A stretch of 64,000 bases of DNA, taken from contig CBDCRI010000001.1 in the NCBI GenBank assembly GCA_965220965.1, forward strand, positions 299,303 through 363,302, given 5' to 3'. The stretch is from Candidatus Marinacidobacterium sp. (lineage in GTDB: Bacteria > Acidobacteriota > Vicinamibacteria > Marinacidobacterales > Marinacidobacteraceae). Positions 9,660 to 17,934 of this stretch are shown here, in pieces. The translations under genes were made by a program, and so were the position numbers. A model generated the notes under the pieces. It was not told the DNA's origin. It made no database searches and worked only from the letters and a program-made list of their open reading frames with translations. Within the stretch, counting starts at the first letter, position 1; each line of letters opens with the position of its first letter.

Positions 9660-10832
9660 CTACCGCCCCGGCGCGGGCGGGGTCCCGGCCCGACGCCGGG
9701 CCGCAGCCTCGCGCACGGCGTCCCTCAGGTTCAACAGCCGCTCGGCGCTGGCCGGGTGCGTGGACGCGTGCTCGATGGCCACCGGGTCGAGCTGGGCGAA
9801 TCGCCCCCACACGCGGGGCAGCGCGGCCACGTCCATGCCGGCCTTGGCCATGAAGCGGCTGCCGAGGCGGTCGGCCTCCAGCTCGTAGCGCTGCGCGTAC
9901 GCCAGCCGGCGCGACTCGTCGGCCTCCCACGGGGCGCGAAGGCGCCGGGCCGCCCGCGCCAGCAGCGGCCTGGGGCCGACCGCGGCCGGCCTGCCGACCG
10001 CGGCGGGACCGCCGACCGGCACGGTCGGCCCGTGGCCGGCGACGTTGTGGGCCAGCTCGTGGGCGAGGATGGCCTGGTGCTCGACGTCGGCGTGCAGGAA
10101 CTCCAGCATGCCCTCGGTGACGAGGATGGACCGGCCGTCGGCGAATGCGTTGACTGCGTGGGAGGTCAGCAGCCGGACCGGGTAGTCGCAGGCGCGGACC
10201 TGCGCCATGCGGATCGGCAGCCCACGGCCGCCGCGCTCGACCGTCAAGGCCAGGCGGCCGTCCTCGCCGCCGGCCCGGACCATGCGCCCGACCCGCGCCT
10301 TGGCGCGGGCGTGGGCGCCGTGGGAGGCCGGCTCGGGCGCGGGCCGGCCCTCGACCTCGAGCAGGCGGTCGCCGACCCGCAGCCCGGCGCGCTCGGCCGG
10401 CGAGCCGGCGGCGACGTGGGCGACCACGAAGCCGGTCCCGTCCATGCCGAGCGCCTCGCGGTGCGCGACGCCCTCGAACAGCGGCATGCTGAAGGACCGC
10501 TCCCACATGGACTCCAGCGTGAACCCGCCGCTCGGGCGCACGCGCGGGCAGGCGTCGGCGTTGGCCGCCAGCAGCCGGAAGGCGTTGTCGCGCAGCCGCG
10601 AGAGCTTCGCCAGCCGGGAGGCCACCAGGGGCCTGGCCTCGGCCAGGCCGCCCTCCGAGCGCTGCAGGCGGTCGAGCGCCAGCCGGTGGGCCGCCCCCGG
10701 ATCCGGCTGGCCGAGGGGCAGCGCGCAGCCCTGCAGGAGCATCCCCAGGCAGAGGGCGGCGCAGGCCGAAAGGCCGGTTGCCGAGGAGCGGCGGGCGGGC
10801 GTCGGTGCGGCGGTCCGGACGGGCTTGGGCAT
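9660..10832 (-). CDS. PDZ + M48 zinc metallopeptidase lipoprotein
   Basis: Lipobox-like LLQGC, PDZ motif GSPAERAGLRVGDRLLEV, VNAFA, HELAH, ELEAD and STHP. Confidence 0.85.
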   Translation of the reverse strand: MPKPVRTAAPTPARRSSATGLSACAALCLGMLLQGCALPLGQPDPGAAHRLALDRLQRSEGGLAEARPLVASRLAKLSRLRDNAFRLLAANADACPRVRPSGGFTLESMWERSFSMPLFEGVAHREALGMDGTGFVVAHVAAGSPAERAGLRVGDRLLEVEGRPAPEPASHGAHARAKARVGRMVRAGGEDGRLALTVERGGRGLPIRMAQVRACDYPVRLLTSHAVNAFADGRSILVTEGMLEFLHADVEHQAILAHELAHNVAGHGPTVPVGGPAAVGRPAAVGPRPLLARAARRLRAPWEADESRRLAYAQRYELEADRLGSRFMAKAGMDVAALPRVWGRFAQLDPVAIEHASTHPASAERLLNLRDAVREAAARRRAGTPPAPGR

Positions 10833-11115
10833 GCAGGGGGTCGCTTGCAGTGGCGGGCGCCTCCGACGCGGCGGGACTTCGAGAGAGGGAAGAACCAGAC
10901 CCATTGTGAATGGCCGCCGCGCCGGAGTGCCCGAGCGGAATTTTGCACAAGGCGGGCGGGCGGCGTCAACGGCCGCGTGTCCGGGGCGCCGCAATGGGAC
11001 GCGCGGCCGCCGCCTCACCAGTTGTTGCGCCGTGTCGACCGCCGCGCAAGCGTGGCGCTTGGCCCGCCGACCCGACTGCTTGGATCAGGGCGCACGGCGA
11101 CCGCAAGCTCCTGCC

Positions 11116-11790
11116 CTACGGCAGCTTGGCGGACCGGTTGCGATTCGGGTTGGGGGCCGGACCTGGCTCATGGGACAGACGGACCTTGGCCCTTACCATG
11201 TCGGCCCAGTGGTGCCCCGTGAAGTAGGTCTTTTGAAGCGCCCCTTCGACGGTTCTGAAAAGCAACGCCGGCATCTCTCCCTCGACGGAATTGTCATAGA
11301 CATAGGCTCGATCGACAATCGGGATGGCTCTGGCAAGATTGGTGACGGATTTCCCGTACCTGCTGATTATCTTGCTGATTGGCACGTCGTGCCCGCCTTC
11401 CATCACGCGAGCGGCCACCCGCGTGGCGTTGATCGTCGGCGAATCGGTCCCAACGAAGAACAGCCGGACGAAGAAGCCATGTGAGATCGCCCGCCGAACG
11501 AAGGCGAGTTTCTCTTCCGTGGAAAACACCGTCTCGAACGCCAGGGACTTGCCGCGTTCCAAGCACGCCTCGCGCCTCCGAGCGGCCTCACGCGCCGCTT
11601 CGAGGATTGCCTTTGGGTCATTCCAGTCTCCGAATGACTGCTGGGCGATCGCATCGGGGTTCACGTATTCGCAGCCTCCCAGCCAGTCGTGAGCCAAGGC
11701 GCGCTCAGTCAGGGTGGTTTTGCCGGCGCCGTTGGGGCCGGCGATCACGATCAGTTTTGGGCGAAGGGCGCTTGCCGATTCAGGAGCCAT
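11116..11790 (-). CDS. Zeta-toxin-like / AAA_33 P-loop protein
   Basis: IAGPNGAGKTT, YVNPDAIA, FETVFS, RVAARVMEGGHDVP and VYDNS. Confidence 0.85.
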   Translation of the reverse strand: MAPESASALRPKLIVIAGPNGAGKTTLTERALAHDWLGGCEYVNPDAIAQQSFGDWNDPKAILEAAREAARRREACLERGKSLAFETVFSTEEKLAFVRRAISHGFFVRLFFVGTDSPTINATRVAARVMEGGHDVPISKIISRYGKSVTNLARAIPIVDRAYVYDNSVEGEMPALLFRTVEGALQKTYFTGHHWADMVRAKVRLSHEPGPAPNPNRNRSAKLP

Positions 11791-11998
11791 ATCCGAAGCT
11801 GGAGGAAGCGGGGGGACTCACGGATTGCGGGTCATCCAGCATTGCCTCATCGATCGAATCAGCAAGGCTTTGGAAATAGGCGGCTTGCGCCGCGTCGCCG
11901 CGCATGGCGACCACGCGCTGGAAGTCGAGCATGAGAGCTTCGAGCTCCGCATCCGAAGGCTCAGTTTGCGCATCAAGCAAGTTGACTTTTGGAACCAT
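11780..11998 (-). CDS. Small acidic protein overlapping the zeta-like gene (putative antitoxin)
   Basis: 72 aa, EPSDAELEALM; 11-nt overlap with the downstream gene. Confidence 0.55.
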   Translation of the reverse strand: MVPKVNLLDAQTEPSDAELEALMLDFQRVVAMRGDAAQAAYFQSLADSIDEAMLDDPQSVSPPASSSFGYGS

Positions 11999-12294
11999 AA
12001 GACCCTGCTGGCTTACTCGGAACTGCAGCAATGGTAGCACGCTGCCCGCAAGATGGTCCGAACCGGATTTTTTTCGTGGCATGCGGATGCCCTCCAAGGG
12101 ACGGCCTCGCCCACCTCCCCGACACCGCCTGAAGCGCCTCTGCCCGATTGCGCCAGCCCTTGGCCGGCCGATTCGTTCCAGAGCGTCATAAGACCTGACG
12201 GCGCGGCTCAAGCTCTCTTAAGCCGGCAAGCTCGTGCAACATTCGGGCTAGGCAGCCGCGGGGGCCGCCCAAGGGGCTGCGCCGCGCCGGTCGG

Positions 12295-13278
12295 TCATCC
12301 GGGGGCGGGGCCGGCCGCCCTCCCCGCCTGCGAAGGCCCGTCCGTCGGCGCGGGCCGCCCCGCCCCGAGGCCATGCAGCGCGGCGGGGTCGTAGCGGTGC
12401 ACGGCGGACAGGATGTCGTCGACCAGGCGCGCCTCCCTCCCGGTCGAGGGCAGCGCCTCGGCCAGCGAGCCGTAGTGCATCTCGAGCGCGTCCATCAGGA
12501 GTCCGCGCAGCGCCTCCAGGTCCGGGGAGCGCGGCAGCGCGGTCCTCGCCTTCAGGGCCTCCAGCTCGCGCTCCTTGTCGGCGAACCAGTCCTTGATCCG
12601 CTGCTTGGACCACTCGCCGCGGCGCACCGCCTTGTACAGCTCGCGGTCGCGGTCGAGCACCAGGTCGCCGCCGGCGAGGATCTGCTCGCACTCGCAGGCC
12701 AAGCGCACGATGTGGTAGGCGAACTTGGTGTCGAAACCGTGGGCGTCGATCGCCGCCTGGCGCTGCGGATTGGCCCGCTTGGGCCGGCCGTCGAGCTTCT
12801 TCAGCTGGGCGTAGGCGTAGCCGCGGAACCGGGCGAAGGCGCCTTGGTGAAGGAACAAGCGGCGGTGGTCGCGCACGTGCTCGTAGAGCGCGGTGGAGTG
12901 GCGCACGCAGCGCCGCGGGCAGAACAGCGCGTCCACCATGTTGGGGTTGTTGTCGGCGCACAGGTCGAAGAAGCGCACGAGGGAGTAGATCGTGACATCG
13001 TACTGCCTGCGCGTCTGCGCAAACTCGACGTGGTGCTGCTGGAACTGGTCGAAGGAGGGCGGCGCCGGACCGAATCCCGGTATGTGCCCGGCGAGGTGCG
13101 GGAAGACCTGATGCTTGGGCGGCATGGCGAACCCGACGATGTCCTCGTCCGAGTTGCCTGGCTCCGCGCAGCCGTAGGCGACCGAGCCGGTGGTCGCCTC
13201 GAACATGACGTTGTGCGGCAGCCAGGGCGGCGGCGTGATCAGCCCCTCCCGGGCCAGCTTTGCGGTGATTGAGGCCAT
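12295..13278 (-). CDS. Pol-beta superfamily nucleotidyltransferase (RlaP/YcgL-like)
   Basis: GSVAYG...SDEDIVG, NNPNMVD and FDTKFAYHIVRL motifs; AGGAG RBS. Confidence 0.85.
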   Translation of the reverse strand: MASITAKLAREGLITPPPWLPHNVMFEATTGSVAYGCAEPGNSDEDIVGFAMPPKHQVFPHLAGHIPGFGPAPPSFDQFQQHHVEFAQTRRQYDVTIYSLVRFFDLCADNNPNMVDALFCPRRCVRHSTALYEHVRDHRRLFLHQGAFARFRGYAYAQLKKLDGRPKRANPQRQAAIDAHGFDTKFAYHIVRLACECEQILAGGDLVLDRDRELYKAVRRGEWSKQRIKDWFADKERELEALKARTALPRSPDLEALRGLLMDALEMHYGSLAEALPSTGREARLVDDILSAVHRYDPAALHGLGAGRPAPTDGPSQAGRAAGPAPG

Positions 13279-13350
13279 GTCGGACTCCTTCGCTCCGGTT
13301 GCGGGCCGAAGCGCCGCTTTCGTTGCGGTCGGGCTTGGGGCCGTCCGACG

Positions 13351-14880
13351 CTAGCGCGTCGCCTGGGCGCCCACCGCGATCTCGCTGTCGCGGGAGATCG
13401 CCAAGGCCAGAGCGCTTCCGCCCCCGCCCGGCTCGCCCTCCCGGTCGCCGACGGCGACGAGCAGCTCCACGTTGAGCGCGATGGCCGAGCAGTCCACCGC
13501 CACCGCACCCCGGTACAGGCTGAACGCCGGGTTGACGCCAGCGAGCGTCCCGGACAGGGCGCAGTCGTAGCCGCCCGCGTCGAGGGAGCCGCCCAGCCGG
13601 CCCTGCCCGTCGACCGTGAAGGCCAAGCCCTCAGCGGACCATTGGCCAGCCAGCGCCGCGGCGTCAGCACCGCGGCCGAAGCCGGCGAACGCCCGGCCGC
13701 TGAAAGCCCGGGAGACGCCTGCGATCGAGTACTCGCCCTTGATCCAGTCGCCTTGGCGGTAGGCGGCGCGCAGCTCGAACGGCTCGCTGCCGCCGCTGAC
13801 GCCGAGGCCCGCCACGTTGACGACGCCGGACTCGTAGGCCCTGCCGCTGGCGCTGAGGCTGCCAGCGCCGGAGTCGTAGTCCGCGTCGGCGACGCGCACG
13901 GTCCCCTCGCCTGGCAGCCAGCCGTAGAGGCGACCGTCCGGGGTGGCGACCAGGTAGCCGTCGTCCCCGCCGGCGGAGGGCAGCCGCCAGACGTTGGCGG
14001 CGCCCGCGTAGTCGGCCTTGGCGGCGGACAGGTTGGACAGGTGGCCGGTGGGCGTGTCCATCAAGCTCATTACGAGGATGGGGCGGTCCGCCGACACGGC
14101 CAAGCGCCACTTCACGGCGCCGTCGCCCAGGCGCCCCTCCAGGCCGTCGCCGCCGTTCTCCAGCTCCGCGGAGGTCACCGCCCGCGCGGCGTTGGCGGGC
14201 AGCGTCAGGGTGACCGGGCCGCCTGCCGACCCGGGCCGCCCCCGGTCGTCACGGCCGGTGACGGCGACCGCCGCCGGCTCATCGGACAGGTTGACCAGGC
14301 GCAGCCAGCTCCGCTGGCGGTAGTTGCTCGCGGGGTTGAAGATCGACACCCGGTGGCGCATGCGGCCTTCGGGGGCCACGGCGGACATGCTGGTGAGGAA
14401 GCCGTCGCGCCGGGTGCGGATGTAGGCCTGCGGCTCGATGTCCTGACGGCTGTGCAGGTGCAGGCGCCAGTTGCCCTCGGCCGGCCCAAGGCCGTCCGTG
14501 AGGCGCTTGCCGGCGTTGCCCTGCTCCATGTCCTCGGAGTTGAGGTGGATGGCCTGCAGGGCGGGCAGCGTCAGCCGCGCCGGTCCGCGCCGCCGGCCCG
14601 CGTCGTCGACGCCGAAGATGCGCACGGCGGCGTCCTCGTCGGAATGGTTGACGACCCGGACGAACCCCTGCTGGTCGAGGTTGGAGGTGGACATGAACAG
14701 CGGCAGGACGTGCTCGCGCCCGCCCGGCTGGCCGAGCGCTCCCCCGGACAGGGAGAACAGGGCCGCCGTGGCCGCGGTGGCGCAAATCACCGTCACGCAT
14801 CGATGGAACGGCAGGCGCAGTGACGGCCACTTCGCCCGCGGCGGGCTGCTGGGCAAGGCCCCGGCGGAGCGGGAGGTCAT
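13351..14880 (-). CDS. Predicted exported beta-rich protein with a duplicated domain
   Basis: Hydrophobic N-terminal segment; two repeats (GFVRVVNHS...GVDDAGR and SWLRLVNLS...GRDDRGR). Confidence 0.7.
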   Translation of the reverse strand: MTSRSAGALPSSPPRAKWPSLRLPFHRCVTVICATAATAALFSLSGGALGQPGGREHVLPLFMSTSNLDQQGFVRVVNHSDEDAAVRIFGVDDAGRRRGPARLTLPALQAIHLNSEDMEQGNAGKRLTDGLGPAEGNWRLHLHSRQDIEPQAYIRTRRDGFLTSMSAVAPEGRMRHRVSIFNPASNYRQRSWLRLVNLSDEPAAVAVTGRDDRGRPGSAGGPVTLTLPANAARAVTSAELENGGDGLEGRLGDGAVKWRLAVSADRPILVMSLMDTPTGHLSNLSAAKADYAGAANVWRLPSAGGDDGYLVATPDGRLYGWLPGEGTVRVADADYDSGAGSLSASGRAYESGVVNVAGLGVSGGSEPFELRAAYRQGDWIKGEYSIAGVSRAFSGRAFAGFGRGADAAALAGQWSAEGLAFTVDGQGRLGGSLDAGGYDCALSGTLAGVNPAFSLYRGAVAVDCSAIALNVELLVAVGDREGEPGGGGSALALAISRDSEIAVGAQATR

Positions 14881-15131
14881 GTCCGTCCCCATCCATTCAG
14901 AACGTCCATTGCGTAGCATAGCGCGTCATCCAGCCACCGCCGGGTGACGCCCGGATCGACCTGCCGCAATTTGTGGAACAGCGGAGCCAAAGGCCCAAAG
15001 TCGGCGATTGGATGAAGCTCGTTGGCCACCACTCTCGCTTGGTGGATTGTCTCGCCGGTGGCGGCGCTGACGAAGTCGAATCCGAGAACCCCCCTTTCGT
15101 CGCGCATCGCCGTCACGTGTATCCTGCTCAT
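14877..15131 (-). CDS. Hypothetical protein
   Basis: 84-aa ORF whose stop overlaps the next start (ATGA). Confidence 0.5.
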   Translation of the reverse strand: MSRIHVTAMRDERGVLGFDFVSAATGETIHQARVVANELHPIADFGPLAPLFHKLRQVDPGVTRRWLDDALCYAMDVLNGWGRT

Positions 15132-15164
15132 GCCCGGTCTGCCAACGGGAAGGCGCCGGCCGCC

Positions 15165-15371
15165 CTAGTCCACCGTGACGCAGGCGCACGGCCAGGGCAT
15201 GTCGTCGGTGTCGGGCCGGCTCCGCTCCGCGATGTGCGTCAGCCCGTGCTTGACGGCGTTGCGGGTGGCCTCCACGAACGGGAGGCACTTCGGGCAGGTG
15301 TCGACCTGATAGGTCTCCCCTGTGTCGCTGCGGGTCTCATAGGTCGTGATGACCTTGGATTGGGACGTCAT
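15165..15371 (-). CDS. Small hypothetical protein with CxxC and CxC
   Basis: GGAGG RBS; TGGTATAAT extended -10 upstream (~15408-15416, minus strand). Confidence 0.55.
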   Translation of the reverse strand: MTSQSKVITTYETRSDTGETYQVDTCPKCLPFVEATRNAVKHGLTHIAERSRPDTDDMPWPCACVTVD

Positions 15372-15437
15372 TGGCCGCCTCCCGGGGCATTGCTGGATGA
15401 TGTCCGCATTATACCATGGCCGGCGCCCCGCACCGCG

Positions 15438-16061
15438 CTAGGGGGCCGGCCCGGGAGTCCCGGGCTCGGCGGGCGACGGCGGGTTGGCCTCCTGCCAGGC
15501 GGCCTTGCGCTCGTGCAGCCAAGTTTGGGTGTGGGTGAAGGTCGGCCCCACGGACGTGCAGAAGGCGGCGCCGCCATTGAACCCGTCGGCCTGCGGCCTC
15601 GAGCAGTAGTCCGCCCAGGCGAACCCCACGGGGGGGAGCCCGAAGGCCTCCACCAGCCCCGAGGCGCAGTGGCCGGCGAGCTCAACGTCGCCGTACTCCT
15701 CGGCGTAGATGCTCACGCCCCCGTCCCATGTCTCGACCAGGAAGTCGTCGCTGAGCTCATCCAAGTCCTCCGTGTCCGCATCCTTCAGGCAGTTGGGGCG
15801 CTCGATGCATAGGCGCGCGAAGAGCTTGGCGGCCAGCTGCCGCGCAACCGCACGGGCCTCGGCGTCGAACCGCGGCCCGGGCGGCTCCGCCTCCGGAAAC
15901 ATGTCATCGAAGCCGAACGGGCGCCCGTGCTCAAGGGCCTGCAGCCCCTCGCGCCACCGGGCCGGGCCGTTCACGACCGCTTCAAGCGCCCACTTGGCGG
16001 CCTCGGCGCGCCCGCCCAAGTCCTCCACTCGGAACGAGAACTGGCGGTAGTTGTTGGCCAT
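15438..16061 (-). CDS. Hypothetical protein
   Basis: AGGAG RBS, TATAAT upstream, acidic globular sequence, ends PGPAP. Confidence 0.7.
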   Translation of the reverse strand: MANNYRQFSFRVEDLGGRAEAAKWALEAVVNGPARWREGLQALEHGRPFGFDDMFPEAEPPGPRFDAEARAVARQLAAKLFARLCIERPNCLKDADTEDLDELSDDFLVETWDGGVSIYAEEYGDVELAGHCASGLVEAFGLPPVGFAWADYCSRPQADGFNGGAAFCTSVGPTFTHTQTWLHERKAAWQEANPPSPAEPGTPGPAP

Positions 16062-16251
16062 GGACCTCTCCTGGTTGACTTGGCGGTCGCCGCCCGCGCC
16101 GCGGCCCGTGCCGGGCGAATGGCGCGCCCGGATTCATTATAGGAGGGCGGCCGGCCTTGGGCCGTTACCGTCCGCGGAAACGCCGCCATTGCCTGAGAGG
16201 GCTTGCCCAGAGGGATGGGGCGGCTCTGTGTCTGCCTGCTTTTCAGGTGGT

Positions 16252-17100
16252 CTAGGACGTCTCCAGCGCATGCTTCGTGTCCCACACCGGAGCCGAACTG
16301 CCGTCCCGCCTCCAACATCGACGCTCGGCCAGCTCCTGAAGCAGGTACGGCATTAGCGCTCGCCGGACACGGATGACGCGCTTGCCCGTTTCAGGAATGC
16401 CGTACTCGTGCTCGTAGCAGAGCCGCTCGTCATGGGAAAGCTCCTTGGAAAGGATGAACTCGCGTCTCTCGAACGAGTTCCAATCGTCGTCCCCATCGAG
16501 TCCGACAAAGGGCGCTTCGTCGTCTCGCCATGCATCGATGGACCGAGCAGGCACGACATCCACGTAGCGATCCTCGAGCGGCCGACTGAACTCGTCACGG
16601 CAACCCGCTCTGTACCCTCGCACGTGATAGCGCCCCCTTGTGCGAACGAGTTCGGATGGCGAAAAGACGAATTCCTGACGGCCGGTTTTGGCTGCGTAGA
16701 CCAGCCTCACTGGCTCCCTGTCGAGCCATGCAGCCACAAATTCCCGAACCGCAGCAGAAGGTGTCGCCGCGGTGAGCGACAAATCGTGTCCTCTGGCCTT
16801 GGGCACGGTCGATGCGAATGGGTTTCCCGGCAAGCCGTTGCCAATCAGCATCAGTGCAAACGCAACGCCCGGATCGATGACTTCGGGCGCCGGTTCAAAG
16901 CGTTCGTCCGGCACCAGACATCGTTCCGAACTCGGCTTATAAGGTGGCAAGAGGCCGCGAACCCGCCATTCGGAGATCAGGTTCCTTGCGGTGCGCTCGG
17001 AAACGCGCGCGAACCTCTGCACATCGCCCGCTTTGAGGCCTCCTCGCCAGAACAGCATGGTTTCAGCAAAACGGCGTGCAACTGCGCGACCAACATTCAT
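16252..17100 (-). CDS. wHTH-WYL domain transcriptional regulator, divergent from the cas operon
   Basis: LFWRGGL...VSERTARNLI HTH; FSPSELVRTRGRYHVRGY WYL core; RRALMPYLL tail. Confidence 0.8.
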   Translation of the reverse strand: MNVGRAVARRFAETMLFWRGGLKAGDVQRFARVSERTARNLISEWRVRGLLPPYKPSSERCLVPDERFEPAPEVIDPGVAFALMLIGNGLPGNPFASTVPKARGHDLSLTAATPSAAVREFVAAWLDREPVRLVYAAKTGRQEFVFSPSELVRTRGRYHVRGYRAGCRDEFSRPLEDRYVDVVPARSIDAWRDDEAPFVGLDGDDDWNSFERREFILSKELSHDERLCYEHEYGIPETGKRVIRVRRALMPYLLQELAERRCWRRDGSSAPVWDTKHALETS

Positions 17101-17126
17101 TACAGATCAAATCTAGGTCAACACCT

Positions 17127-17139
17127 GCAATATTTGCAA
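17127..17139. promoter_or_regulatory. Palindrome between WYL and cas6 (candidate operator)
   Basis: TGCAATATTTGCA in the AT-rich 105-bp divergent intergenic region. Confidence 0.4.
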
Positions 17140-17205
17140 GTTTCACTCTCATGCAGATCACGTATGTTAGTCGGCAGTTCGTGTTGTCCAGAGGATACAT
17201 TTGGG

Positions 17206-17934
17206 ATGCGATTCAGATTGACAGCGCCACGCGGTGAGAGTGCGCGGATTCGGTACTTGGACAGCCTCCACGCTGCACTGATCAACGCTTGGACCGCCAG
17301 TGGAGCGCAGCCCGAGCAATTGTTGGGGGGGCGTGCCGGCAACTGGTCCTTCGGGGCAGTGGGCGCCTCGAAATCCAGTGGCTTCGCGCTCAAGTCCGTA
17401 GTGATTGGGGCGGAAGACGGCGCCTTGGAGCCGTTCCTCCAAGACCTAGCTTGCGAAAACGTTCGAAAATCGTCTGTCAATGGCGACGTCATTGATCTTT
17501 CCGCTTGGGATCTGGCCCCGGAGGAGCTGCCGATTGAGTGTCCTCACGGCAGCTCGGCCGTCCTTCCGGCAATCATGCTCTCTCCGCTCGCCGTGTCCAA
17601 GCGCGGGGAAAAGAGGCGTTGGCATGACGATCTGACGAAGATCGGATCGAACCTCGAGCAGGCGGTCAGCGCGCGTCTGTCGCGACTGACTGGTCGAAAG
17701 GTGGACCTTGAGGTTGAACCCGACCGACTCTACCTTCGAGCGAATCCGAAGCACTCGACGCTGGTTCCTACCCGCACCGCCAGGGGAGCAAGGCCGGCAT
17801 TCGTGATCGGGACGCTTTGCCCGTTGCTCATCCGCGGAAGCATTGAAGACCTCCGTTCAGCCTGGGCACTCGGAATCGGCGAGAAGAATCGCTACGGATT
17901 CGGGTGCATTGGCTACGCAGGACAACGCGCATGA
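17206..17934 (+). CDS. cas6: CRISPR endoribonuclease Cas6
   Basis: C-terminal G-loop GIGEKNRYGFGCI; first gene of the cas operon. Confidence 0.9.
   Translation: MRFRLTAPRGESARIRYLDSLHAALINAWTASGAQPEQLLGGRAGNWSFGAVGASKSSGFALKSVVIGAEDGALEPFLQDLACENVRKSSVNGDVIDLSAWDLAPEELPIECPHGSSAVLPAIMLSPLAVSKRGEKRRWHDDLTKIGSNLEQAVSARLSRLTGRKVDLEVEPDRLYLRANPKHSTLVPTRTARGARPAFVIGTLCPLLIRGSIEDLRSAWALGIGEKNRYGFGCIGYAGQRA

Noticed and set aside
16408-17205. N-terminal extension of cas6 in the ORF track (508 aa)
   Set aside because: It overlaps the WYL gene antisense; the Cas6-sized product starts at ATG 17206.
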